Shown: positions 1-9,439 of the stretch, piece after piece
Layout: the number at the start of each line of letters is the position of its first letter
How positions within the stretch are numbered: position 1 is the stretch's first letter
Assembly: GCA_027623675.1 (NCBI GenBank)
Contig: JAQBVF010000029.1
Location: 1-46,035, forward strand
Reading direction: 5' to 3'
DNA length: 46,035 nt
Source of the DNA: Chloroflexota bacterium
Lineage (GTDB): Bacteria > Chloroflexota > Dehalococcoidia > Lucifugimonadales > UBA3495
The notes under the pieces: generated by a model
Told to the model about the DNA's origin: nothing
The model's database searches: none
What the model saw: only the letters and a program-made list of their open reading frames with translations
Made by a program: the position numbers and the translations under genes

Positions 1-128
1 AGGACGTGGCGGCCTAGCTGAGCCACGGTCTTTAAGACCTAGGACGATCCGGCCTGCCACGTCCTGGTTTAAGATACAAGGACGAGCGGATACCCTCGAG
101 ACATCTGATTGTTGTAGGAAAGTCATAC

Positions 129-716
129 TTGCCGAAAACGAGCACAGGATCAGCCGCCCTTTCGATGCTGGAAACCCGCGCCAGGGAATACCATTCTGCC
201 AAGCGGTTCCCCCAGGCGGTGGAGTTGCTGCGCGAGGCGCTGGCGGCCCGGCTGGAATCGCAGGGGGAGGGGCACTTCCAGACCATCAACGCTCGGAGCA
301 GCCTGGCCCGGTCGCTGCGGGCGATCCACCACTATGAGGAATGTTTCGTCCTCTATACCGAGAACATCCGGGTCCACACCGGCAAGCTTGGCCCAGACCA
401 TCCGCAGACGTTGCGGAGTCTAAGCCGGCTGGCCAACACCTACTTCGCGGCGGGCCGGTACGAAGACGCCATGCCCATGTTTCAGGAGATACTGGCCAAG
501 CGTGTTCAAGTGCTGGGCCGGGACCATCCCGATACCCTGCGCAGCCGGAGCAGCCTGGCCAACACCTACACAGCCCTGGGCCGTTACGCTGAGGCCGTTG
601 ATCTGCATCAGGTGATTATCGAGGACCGGGCGAGGGTGCTGGGTCGAGACCACCCGAGGACGGAACTGAGCCGGGTGCGATTGGAGACCGCCCGGCAGTC
701 CGCCGAAGCCAACTGA
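129..716 (+). CDS. Tetratricopeptide-repeat protein (42-aa kinesin-light-chain-like TPR units)
   Basis: Repeated units LG(P/R)DHPxTLRSxSxLANTY...GRYxEA. The TTG start is uncertain. Confidence 0.8.
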   Translation: MPKTSTGSAALSMLETRAREYHSAKRFPQAVELLREALAARLESQGEGHFQTINARSSLARSLRAIHHYEECFVLYTENIRVHTGKLGPDHPQTLRSLSRLANTYFAAGRYEDAMPMFQEILAKRVQVLGRDHPDTLRSRSSLANTYTALGRYAEAVDLHQVIIEDRARVLGRDHPRTELSRVRLETARQSAEAN

Positions 717-746
717 TCGATCTTACATGATATTGGAGACTGGACG

Positions 747-1700
747 ATGAGATACGGATTCACGCTGCCGGGGAGAGGGCCGATGGCCACTCCAGAGAAC
801 CTGGTCAAGATCGCCAAGAAGGGTGAGGAACTGGGCTTCGATGCCCTGTTGACCGGCGATCACATATTGGTGCCGAACCACATAGCTTCGACCTACCCGT
901 ACACCGAGGGCGGAGAGTTTCCGGGGTCGGCGTCGGGCGAATCCATGGAGCAGATCACCCTGCTTGCGTACATCGCGGGGCAGACGAGCAAGATACGCTT
1001 GGTCACCAGCGTGCTCATCGTCCCCCACCGCAACCCGCTCATCGCCGCCAAGTCGCTGGCCACACTGGACGTGCTCTCCGGAGGACGGCTGGTGGTGGGT
1101 GTGGGCGTCGGCTGGATGCGGGAAGAATTCCAGGCTCTGGGTCTGCCTCCTTTCGAGGAGCGGGGCGCGGTTACCGACGAATATATCCGCGCTTTCAAGG
1201 TGCTCTGGACCGAGGACAACCCTGGCTTCGAGGGCAAGTACATCAGCTTCGATGACATCAGCTTTCTGCCCAAGCCGGCGCAGAAGCCCCATCCGCCGAT
1301 CTGGGTGGGAGGCGAGAGCCGGCCCGCCCTGCGCCGGACCGCCGAATTGGCCGATGGCTGGTACCCCTTGGGCTCAAACCCCACCTTCCCCATGGGCACC
1401 CCGGACCAGCTCAAGGCCGGTTTGGCCCGCTTGGCCCAATATGCCGAGCGTTTCGGCAGAGACCCATCGGAGATCGAGACCATCTACCGTACCCACCAGT
1501 TCGAATTGACCAAGTCGCCGGCCGGCCCGGGGCGTTTGCCCTTCGTGGGCGACGCCGGGCAGATCGCCGGGGACATCCGCAGCTACCAGGACATGGGCGT
1601 GGCGTCCATGATCTTGGACTTTCTGCGCCAGACCGATGACCTGGACAGGATGCTGGGCCTGATGGAGGATTTCGCCACCGAGGTGTGGCCCAAGGTCTAA
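747..1700 (+). CDS. LLM-class (luciferase-like) oxidoreductase, probably F420-dependent
   Basis: MRYGFTLP start, GDHILVP, LATLDVLSGGRL..GVGVGW..EEF, PKPAQKPHPPIWVGG, RRTAELADGW. GGAGA RBS upstream. Confidence 0.9.
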   Translation: MRYGFTLPGRGPMATPENLVKIAKKGEELGFDALLTGDHILVPNHIASTYPYTEGGEFPGSASGESMEQITLLAYIAGQTSKIRLVTSVLIVPHRNPLIAAKSLATLDVLSGGRLVVGVGVGWMREEFQALGLPPFEERGAVTDEYIRAFKVLWTEDNPGFEGKYISFDDISFLPKPAQKPHPPIWVGGESRPALRRTAELADGWYPLGSNPTFPMGTPDQLKAGLARLAQYAERFGRDPSEIETIYRTHQFELTKSPAGPGRLPFVGDAGQIAGDIRSYQDMGVASMILDFLRQTDDLDRMLGLMEDFATEVWPKV

Positions 1701-2260
1701 CTGTGCCGAAGCCCGGGTTCGGCTTCCCGCTCCTGCCGGGGGCAACAGTATCTCTGCAACTCGATCCGAATAACCACTATTCGCCTTTGGGAATCAGTGG
1801 ACAAATCACATAGTTACGATTTAGTATCTTCTGGCGGAAATGGGGCTAAAACCCTCCAGGCAATCGATGCGTCCTAATCTTAGTTTTCTGTCCAACCTCT
1901 ACGCCCTATATTCCGGCACCTGCTGTCGCAACTCGTCATAGGGCGCTAGCAATGGAAGTGTTTTAAGGCGAACACCGAAAATACGGGTCCGACAGGTGTT
2001 TGCCATGCCGCCAAGTATGGGATAGCCGTTGGCCGGAGAAACCGTCGCCGCTGGTATATAACCGAGGGGTAAGTCCGTCTAATCCCTCGGCGAACGGTGA
2101 TTTATCTGCCCGGCAGCGGTTGCGCAAATACATACCACCTGATGTATTCGCAAGGCCAACTTGAAGGATCAAGCGTCACCAATCAAGATAGGAACCCTTG
2201 GAGCGGCTTAAAAATGTCGCTACTAGCCATACCCGTTACAAAGCTAATGATTGAGTCAAG

Positions 2261-3178
2261 ATGCAGCGGTACATCTTAGTACGGCTATCACAGGGGATAG
2301 TCACTCTCTTCGTCCTGAGCATCGCGGTGTTTATCAGTTCCCACCTGACCGGTGACCCTGCTTTGTATCTACTTGGACCGGAAGGCACTCAGGAAGATTA
2401 CGAACAGCTGAAGAGAAATATCGGCTTGGACAAACCCCTCCCGGTACAATACGGGGTCTTCTTAAGTAACATTCTTCAGGGTGATTTCGGTACTTCACCG
2501 ATCACGGGTCAATCGGCGCGAGATACCCTCATGGAACGATTACCCGCCACTCTGCAATTGGCCGGGGTAGCGTTTGTCCTGACGCTCATCGTTGGCATCC
2601 CATTGGGCGTCTTATCCGCGGTGAACCGCGACTCTATCTTCGACCATCTTGGAAAAGCCTTCGCCATCTTAGGTATCGCCGCGCCCAGTTTTTGGGTGGC
2701 GATCATGCTCATTCTGTTGTTCGGCGCGATACTCGGCTGGCTTCCAACGTTCGGCCGGGGCGGAGTATCCCACTATATCCTTCCGGCGTTCGTGCTCTCA
2801 TGGGGTGGCATGGCCGGGATCGTTCGCCTGGTTCGGTCCAGTATGCTGGAGGTCCTAGACAGCGAATACGTCAAGTTCGCCCGCGTAAAGGGTCTCGCTG
2901 AAAATATGGTCATCTATAAGCATGCGCTTAAGAACGCCGTTATTCCGGCCCTGACCTTCAGCGGACTTACGCTGGCGGGCCTGCTCAACGGATCCGTGGC
3001 GGTAGAGGTGGTCTTTGCTTGGCCAGGTATCGGCCGGCTGCTGCTGCAAGGCATCACTCAGCGAGATTTCCCGATCATTCAGGCGACCGTTCTGGCGGCA
3101 GGTTTATTCTACGTGATCGTGTCTCTGGTCGTGGACATCCTTTACGCCTATATCAATCCCCGAATCAGGTATCAATAG
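2261..3178 (+). CDS. Peptide/nickel ABC transporter permease (DppB/OppB-like)
   Basis: GLDKPLPVQY, ERLPATLQL, EAA-loop RSSMLEVLDSEYVKFARVKG, YAYINPRIR ending. Confidence 0.93.
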   Translation: MQRYILVRLSQGIVTLFVLSIAVFISSHLTGDPALYLLGPEGTQEDYEQLKRNIGLDKPLPVQYGVFLSNILQGDFGTSPITGQSARDTLMERLPATLQLAGVAFVLTLIVGIPLGVLSAVNRDSIFDHLGKAFAILGIAAPSFWVAIMLILLFGAILGWLPTFGRGGVSHYILPAFVLSWGGMAGIVRLVRSSMLEVLDSEYVKFARVKGLAENMVIYKHALKNAVIPALTFSGLTLAGLLNGSVAVEVVFAWPGIGRLLLQGITQRDFPIIQATVLAAGLFYVIVSLVVDILYAYINPRIRYQ

Positions 3179-3189
3179 GAAGGTTTGGA

Positions 3190-4068
3190 ATGGCAATAGG
3201 CACGATTCCGAATCGAGCGGAACCCTGGTGGCGTGGCGCGTTTCGGCGAGTCAGGGATGTTCGACTCCCTTGGGTATCAGTCTCGATCGTTTTTGTCTTG
3301 CTGGTTTGCGCGATTTTCTCCCCGCTGCTTGCGCCCCACAATCCTACCCAGATCAACATCCTTGACGGCAGAATGGCCCCCGGCGAGGATCTAAACCATC
3401 TGCTGGGAACCGACATCATGGGCCGGGATATGCTGAGCCGACTGATCTACGGGGCTCGCACCACCGTGTTCATCAGCCTGGTGGCTCTGGGCACCGGTGC
3501 CCTCGTTGGGACGTTGGTGGGTCTGGTCGCCGGTTACCGGGAAGGCTGGTTCGACGCAGTGGCGATGAGAGCCGCCGATGCCGCCCTCGGCTTCCCCACT
3601 ATTCTCGTTGCCATGGTGATCGTGGTGATCATGGGCGCCGGGATTGAAAGCATAATATTGGCGGTTATATTAACGGTTTGGGCGAGGTTCGCCCGGATGA
3701 TTCGAGGCGACGTTCTAAACATCAAGGACATGGACTTCATCACGGCGGCCAGGCTCGCCGGGGTTTCCACGCCCGTGATCATCTGGCGCCACGTCTTCCC
3801 TAACACTATTAATACCCTAATGATCATCACCAGTCTCCAGGTAGGACAAGTGATCTTGTTGGAGGCGTCGCTGAGTTTCCTGGGCTTGGGCTTGCCGATA
3901 GGAGAACCAGCCTGGGGAATCATGGTGTCGGAAGGAAAAGCCGTCATCTTGGAAGTTTGGTGGTTATCTTTGTTCCCGGGCATCGCCATCACCGTGGTGG
4001 TTTTGGCATTCAATTATTTTGGCGACTGGATGCGGGACGCCTTGGACCCCAAGCTGAGGAGGCTCTAG
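3190..4068 (+). CDS. Peptide/nickel ABC transporter permease (DppC/OppC-like)
   Basis: HLLGTDIMGRDMLSRLIYGAR, EASLSFLGLG, GDWMRDALDPKLR. Start moved to ATG 3190, just after the upstream stop and the GGAAGG RBS. Confidence 0.92.
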   Translation: MAIGTIPNRAEPWWRGAFRRVRDVRLPWVSVSIVFVLLVCAIFSPLLAPHNPTQINILDGRMAPGEDLNHLLGTDIMGRDMLSRLIYGARTTVFISLVALGTGALVGTLVGLVAGYREGWFDAVAMRAADAALGFPTILVAMVIVVIMGAGIESIILAVILTVWARFARMIRGDVLNIKDMDFITAARLAGVSTPVIIWRHVFPNTINTLMIITSLQVGQVILLEASLSFLGLGLPIGEPAWGIMVSEGKAVILEVWWLSLFPGIAITVVVLAFNYFGDWMRDALDPKLRRL

Positions 4069-4313
4069 GCCAGTGACTAGACCGTTGATCGTTACCACAA
4101 CCAGGGACGATCGCTTGCGATCTTCTATTAACAGATGGTCTGGATGGTCTCGATCTAGGTGTTAGCGACGGCTATTAAGCTTGTACGACCGCGGGTTTCT
4201 TACCCGCTGAAACCGAAACGAACCAAGATTCATTGACAAAAGGAGGGATGAACCTCAAACGCCCAGCAGGTATTTTTGACAACGGCTCTAACGCTTTAAA
4301 TGGAGAATGGTAA

Positions 4314-6035
4314 ATGTATATAAAATTGATTGTGGCGCTGATCGCCGTGCTGGCGTTGGCGTGCGGGAGTTCCGCGACGTCCACGCCAACTTCGTCGACT
4401 GGATCACCCACGTCCGTTCCTGGCGGTGGTTCGCCGACACAACCTACGGCTGTTCCCGAAGGCACGAATCCGCCGTCTGAGGCGATGGTGTACTCGGGTG
4501 CACTCAAGATTCTGGTGGGGGATCTTGGCAGTGAGAGGTTCGACGTGGCATTCTCGCTGGGTCTGGCGGGAGACCTAAACTATGGACGCCTGATACACGG
4601 CTTCCTCATCTCCGACACCGCAGAACGGGAGATGGTCCCTGGCATCGCCTCCGATTGGGGACTTTCAGATGACGGATTGACCTGGACGTTCACTATTCGC
4701 GAAGGCGTCATGTGGCAAGATGGAACAGAATTGACACCGGAAGATGTATTGTGGTCTTTCAAGCATCTTTATGGACCTGAAGCCAAAGAGACGGTCATCG
4801 CTCCTACCGCTCTCAGGTTGTCACGGCAGGCCGCGGCCGATGGTATCGTTTTAAACGGCCGTGACGTAAGCTTGACCACCACGGTTCCGGCTACCGAAGT
4901 TGCCAGCGTATTGTCCGAATCTGGTACCGGCTGGTACCACGTGATGCCCGAAAGAGACGCGCTTCACGACAACGCCGCCGAGATTGCCTACGATAAGAAC
5001 CCCATCGGCGCCGGTCCCATGAAGCTGGTAGACCACACTCGGGCCAGTTCGATGACCTTTGAGCGTTTCGACGACTTCTACTACCACCCCGGCAACGGAT
5101 TCCCGGAGGACAAGAGGATCCCATTTAGCGAGGTGACATTGTTCCTCGTGCCGGAGGAATCCACGAGGGTCTCGGCGATCCGAGCCGGGGATGGCGACAT
5201 CGCGCCGGTTAGCTTGCAAGCCAAGAGCCAGTTGGAATCCGGCGGCGGACGCTTGATATTCGGCGAGGAAGGCTCCTACGTATGGGTGCCGTTCATGGGA
5301 TGCTGGGCAGACCCGAACTTCCCGTGCGCCAAGAAAGAGTTCCGCCAAGCATTGGGTTATGCCATCAACAAAGAACTTATCCGGGATAACCTCTACGGCG
5401 GCCCCGAAGTATTCCAGGTGAAAGGCTGGGCGGCGGTCACTCCGAGCACCATCGGGTACTCACCCGAGTTAGACCCGTTCCCCTTTGATCCCGAAAAGGC
5501 GCGCCAACTCCTGGCCGATGCCGGCTATCCCGGCGGACAAGGAGTGGGCAAGGTGGTGATGCACACCTGGGAATCCACATCGATGCCCTTCCAAACAGAA
5601 GCAGCCCAATTAGCGGCTGAGTTCTGGAGGACCGAACTGGGACTTGATGTTGAGATTCGGGTTGGGAATAGTTCCGCGATCAGGGCAGCTTGGGCTAACG
5701 GCGAGCTGAATGGCGAGCTGATCTGGCGAGACAATGAAACCCGCCGCGACGCCACCAGCACCATGAACTCGGGTTATTCCGATCCGGAAGCGGCCATCCG
5801 CCGAACCGATGACCCGGTATTCCGCGCTATCGCTCAGGCGGCCACCCAAACAGTGGACAATGATGAAAGAGCGATAGCCATGGGCGAACTGTACAAAATG
5901 GCAAAGGATGAAGGCTACGAGATAGGTATCGGATACGCGAACATCCCCTGGGGAGTGGGGTCTCGCATAGCAAGTTGGCAGCCCTACCCGCTGGCTCCCA
6001 ACGTATCTGCTCTTCATACGGTAAGACTTAAATAG
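4314..6035 (+). CDS. ABC transporter substrate-binding lipoprotein (family 5)
   Basis: Lipobox LALAC, Thr/Ser/Pro linker, SDDGLTWTFTIREGV-W-DG, PIGAGP, RQALGYAINKE, FDPEKARQLLADAGY. Confidence 0.9.
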   Translation: MYIKLIVALIAVLALACGSSATSTPTSSTGSPTSVPGGGSPTQPTAVPEGTNPPSEAMVYSGALKILVGDLGSERFDVAFSLGLAGDLNYGRLIHGFLISDTAEREMVPGIASDWGLSDDGLTWTFTIREGVMWQDGTELTPEDVLWSFKHLYGPEAKETVIAPTALRLSRQAAADGIVLNGRDVSLTTTVPATEVASVLSESGTGWYHVMPERDALHDNAAEIAYDKNPIGAGPMKLVDHTRASSMTFERFDDFYYHPGNGFPEDKRIPFSEVTLFLVPEESTRVSAIRAGDGDIAPVSLQAKSQLESGGGRLIFGEEGSYVWVPFMGCWADPNFPCAKKEFRQALGYAINKELIRDNLYGGPEVFQVKGWAAVTPSTIGYSPELDPFPFDPEKARQLLADAGYPGGQGVGKVVMHTWESTSMPFQTEAAQLAAEFWRTELGLDVEIRVGNSSAIRAAWANGELNGELIWRDNETRRDATSTMNSGYSDPEAAIRRTDDPVFRAIAQAATQTVDNDERAIAMGELYKMAKDEGYEIGIGYANIPWGVGSRIASWQPYPLAPNVSALHTVRLK

Positions 6036-6065
6036 TTAAACCGGTCGATTGATCGGACCCAAAAG

Positions 6066-6106
6066 CCCTTAGGGGATCAGCGAGTGATTCAACGATCCCC
6101 TAAGGG
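6066..6106 (+). terminator. Stem-loop after the substrate-binding gene (attenuating terminator or mRNA stabiliser)
   Basis: CCCTTAGGGGATC ... GATCCCCTAAGGG, a 13-bp perfect inverted repeat with a weak U-tract. Confidence 0.6.
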
Positions 6107-6146
6107 ATATTTCCTACCCGATCTCCGGTTTCCCCAAGGGTTTTAG

Positions 6147-7124
6147 ATGTCAGCGATACCCGTTTTAGACGTTCAGGGTTTGAAGACCCACTTTTTCACC
6201 AAGACTGGAGTGGTGAAAGCAGTGGACGGGGTGAGTTTCACCTTGATGCCGGGAGAGACTCTGGGCATTGTCGGCGAGTCTGGTTCTGGCAAAAGCATGA
6301 CCGCGTTGTCCCTGATGAAGCTGGTTCCAGAACCGGCCGGAAGAATAGTTGAAGGCAAGATTCTTTTTCAGGGCGAAGACTTGGTGCCTAAGACCTCGTC
6401 TGAGATGCAGGAGATGCGAGGACGGGACATTTGCATGATATTGCAAGACCCGATGACGTCGCTCAACCCATTGTTCACGATCGGCAGTCAAGTGCTTGAG
6501 ACCGTGCGGCAGGGCCAAGGCGCCCGCAAAGGCGGATTGAAAGCCAAAGCGATAGAACTGCTGCAAAAGGTGAAGATTCCGTCCCCTGAAGTGCGGATGA
6601 CCAACTATCCCCACCAGATGAGTGGCGGAATGCGGCAGCGCGTGGTCGGATCTATCGCCATCGCCGGCTCCCCCAAGGTGTTGATCGCCGACGAGGCAAC
6701 CACGTCGCTGGACGCAACGATTCAATATCAATATCTAGCCCTGCTGAAAGAACTTCAATCCGAGACCGGCATGGCTATAATTTTCATCACCCACGATTTT
6801 GGAATCGTGGCCAAGATGTGTGACCGGGTCGCGGTGATGTACGCGGGCCGGATCGCAGAAATCGCCGATGTACGGGACCTGTTCAACAGCCCGGCGCATC
6901 CCTATACCGAAGCATTGATGCGGTCGGTTCCCAACGTAGATGAGGAGGTTGAATACCTTTACTCGATCGAAGGGCAACCACCTGCATTGGACAACCTGCC
7001 GCCTGGTTGCACCTTCGCGCCGCGTTGTCCCTACGTTTTTGACCGTTGCAACGAGGCATTCCCGGACCTGATCAGCGTTGGCAACGGACATTCAGCTACT
7101 TGTTGGAAGCTGGCCGAAAAATAG
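6147..7124 (+). CDS. Peptide ABC transporter ATP-binding protein (DppD/OppD-like)
   Basis: Walker A GESGSGKS, YPHQMSGGMRQR, LIADE, C-terminal GCTFAPRC...C...C. Confidence 0.95.
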   Translation: MSAIPVLDVQGLKTHFFTKTGVVKAVDGVSFTLMPGETLGIVGESGSGKSMTALSLMKLVPEPAGRIVEGKILFQGEDLVPKTSSEMQEMRGRDICMILQDPMTSLNPLFTIGSQVLETVRQGQGARKGGLKAKAIELLQKVKIPSPEVRMTNYPHQMSGGMRQRVVGSIAIAGSPKVLIADEATTSLDATIQYQYLALLKELQSETGMAIIFITHDFGIVAKMCDRVAVMYAGRIAEIADVRDLFNSPAHPYTEALMRSVPNVDEEVEYLYSIEGQPPALDNLPPGCTFAPRCPYVFDRCNEAFPDLISVGNGHSATCWKLAEK

Positions 7125-7125
7125 T

Positions 7126-8115
7126 ATGACTACAACGATCGAAGGTCCAAATCAGCCTATTATTCAACTGGATAATTGCCAAAAATACTTTCCCGTAACC
7201 AAAGGGCTGATCCTGCAGCGCTCCATTGGACAGGTGAAAGCGGTTGATGGCGTTTCCCTACAGATTCGGGACGGCCAAACCTACGGCCTGGTCGGCGAGT
7301 CAGGATGTGGTAAAACGACGACCGCCAAAATGGTGCTTCAGATCGAAGTGCCCACCGGTGGTCTAATCAGTTTTAACGGAAAGAACATCGCCGATTTCAG
7401 CGCGAGCGACCGCAAGCTATACCGGTCTTCGGTCCAAGCGGTGTTTCAGGATCCCTGGAGTTCGCTGAACCCCCGGATGAAGGTTGGTTCGATCATTCTG
7501 GAGCCTCTGCTGGCCAATCGACCGATGGGCAAGCAGGAAGCCAGGGAAAATCTACTTCGATTGCTGAACGACGTTGGCCTGCACGACTACCAAGCCGATT
7601 ACTATCCCCACGAATTCAGCGGCGGACAGCGGCAGCGCATCGCCATCGCGCGCGCTCTGTCCTTGCAACCAAAAGTAATCGTGCTGGACGAACCGGTATC
7701 GGCTCTCGACGTATCGATTCGCGCCCAGATAATGAATCTCCTCAAAGACCTGCAGAAACGTTACAGCGTAAGCTACCTGTTGATCGCCCACAATCTGGCG
7801 ACCGTACGCTATATGAGTCATTACGTTGGGGTTATGTACCTGGGCAAGATCGTGGAAGAAGGCCCAACCCGCGAACTTTTCACCAACCCGATGCACCCAT
7901 ATACCAAAGCTTTGATTTCCGCATCGTTGCCGGCGCATCCTGACGTCCAACGGGAAGATCTCATCCTCTCCGGAGAGGTGCCATCCCCTCTCAATCCACC
8001 AACCGGGTGTTCTTTCCACCCCAGATGCCCGATGGTGCTCAGCCGGTGTTCTCAGGAAGATTCTGTGTTGCGCGAGTTGGCGCCCAGCCACAACGTGTCT
8101 TGCCACCTTTACTAA
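7126..8115 (+). CDS. Peptide ABC transporter ATP-binding protein (DppF/OppF-like)
   Basis: GESGCGKT, YPHEFSGGQRQR, LDEPVSALD, PSPLNPPTGCSFHPRC. The ATG at 7126 follows the upstream stop. Confidence 0.95.
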   Translation: MTTTIEGPNQPIIQLDNCQKYFPVTKGLILQRSIGQVKAVDGVSLQIRDGQTYGLVGESGCGKTTTAKMVLQIEVPTGGLISFNGKNIADFSASDRKLYRSSVQAVFQDPWSSLNPRMKVGSIILEPLLANRPMGKQEARENLLRLLNDVGLHDYQADYYPHEFSGGQRQRIAIARALSLQPKVIVLDEPVSALDVSIRAQIMNLLKDLQKRYSVSYLLIAHNLATVRYMSHYVGVMYLGKIVEEGPTRELFTNPMHPYTKALISASLPAHPDVQREDLILSGEVPSPLNPPTGCSFHPRCPMVLSRCSQEDSVLRELAPSHNVSCHLY

Positions 8116-8329
8116 CGCCAAACGTTGGTTGATTGCTGGCAAATAGAACACGAGTCGGAATCAAAGAGATTCGATTCCGCAGGTATGGGGCCGGGTCTAT
8201 TCCGGGCACACCAGGAACGGACCAAAGGGTGTCGGGACCAAGACGGATCCGCGTAAGATTGCGCCCTCCCCCGTTAATTCCGTTCTTCACCCGAAGGATC
8301 TCGAAGGGCCCCCGGCCGCAGGTAAAGCT

Positions 8330-9298
8330 TTAGTCCCGGAAACCCCGGTGGTATAGGTCGCTGAGTCGGGCCATGTGGGCCGGCGAGACTGGGGCCAGGT
8401 CGATGCACCGGGCGATCTCTTCCGCTTCGGCCTGGTTCTTCACCCCGGGCACGGTGGTGTGGATGTCGCGGTTCATCAGGCAAAAGGCCATGGCCGCCTG
8501 AGACAGGTTCTCGAAGTGGCTGTCCAATAAGAAGTCCAAGCGGGCGGCGCTGGCCACGTCCTGGCGCAGCAGTTGGTTATCGGCGGGGATGGGACGGTCC
8601 ACCCCGGTGGACAGGGCGCCGGCGGCATGGGAGCGGATGCCGATGACCCCCATGTTGTGTTTCTTGGCCAACTGGATATTCTGGCCGTTGTCGAACAGTT
8701 CCACCCCTGGCGGTGGAGGCGATTGGGCCGTCCAGTTGAGCAGGTTGTAATAGGCCAACACCGTGTCCCAATGGCCGCTTTCCATGATTCGGTTCAAAGT
8801 TGGCACGTGATGGTCCATGGCGGAGAGGCCGATGAACCTGGTCTTGCCCGCCTGCCGCACCGATTGGTAGGCGTCTAGAACCGGCCCCAGGGTATCGTCG
8901 GCGGAAAGGGAATTGGGGATTTCGCCGCGGCGCTCGGTGAATCGGTTGTGCACGTGGAGTATGTCCACCGAGTCTCGTTTCAATAGCCTCAGGCTAGTTT
9001 CCATGGAACGCCGCACGGCTCCGGTCACATCGCCCATGTCCTCGGCGGCCAGCCTGACCTTGGTGGCGACGATGACGTCTTCGCTCCGTCCTTCCAAGGC
9101 TAGCCCCAGGGCTTCCTCGGCTTTGCCGTTCCCGTAGGCCGGCGCCACGTCGAAGAAATTTATGCCTAGGTCAAGCGCCCGGTGGACGGACCTGATGGCT
9201 TCGTCCCGGGTGGTCTCGCCCCAGACCTGCCCGATGCCGCCGCCGAATCCCACCCGTGAGACGTTGAGCCCGGTGCGGCCCAGTTTGGTGTATTCCAA
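8330..9298 (-). CDS. Aldo/keto reductase
   Basis: (M)EYTKLGRTGLNVSRVG, GINFFDVAPAYGNG.AE, VATK, SLRLLKRDSVDILHVH. TTG start at 9298 preceded by GGGGGA. Confidence 0.9.
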   Translation of the reverse strand: MEYTKLGRTGLNVSRVGFGGGIGQVWGETTRDEAIRSVHRALDLGINFFDVAPAYGNGKAEEALGLALEGRSEDVIVATKVRLAAEDMGDVTGAVRRSMETSLRLLKRDSVDILHVHNRFTERRGEIPNSLSADDTLGPVLDAYQSVRQAGKTRFIGLSAMDHHVPTLNRIMESGHWDTVLAYYNLLNWTAQSPPPPGVELFDNGQNIQLAKKHNMGVIGIRSHAAGALSTGVDRPIPADNQLLRQDVASAARLDFLLDSHFENLSQAAMAFCLMNRDIHTTVPGVKNQAEAEEIARCIDLAPVSPAHMARLSDLYHRGFRD

Positions 9299-9389
9299 GA
9301 TCCCCCCAATCCCCATGTGTGAAGGGGCTTTGTTTTTGCTACGAAGACTGAAGCCCAAGATTCCCCCTTTCATAAAGGTAATAATATAC

Positions 9390-9418
9390 TTGACTCAGTA
9401 CGTGAATCATGGTACTCT
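9390..9418 (+). promoter_or_regulatory. Sigma70-type promoter for the transposase, with its -35 inside the left TIR
   Basis: TTGACT-N17-TACTCT with an extended -10 TG, then AAGGAG and ATG 9440. Confidence 0.6.
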
Positions 9419-9439
9419 AGTCGTAACGAAAGGAGTTTC

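Noticed and set aside
9299..9373. N-terminal extension of the aldo/keto reductase to 9373
   Set aside because: That ATG lies in the IS target duplication. Family similarity and the RBS begin at TTG 9298.
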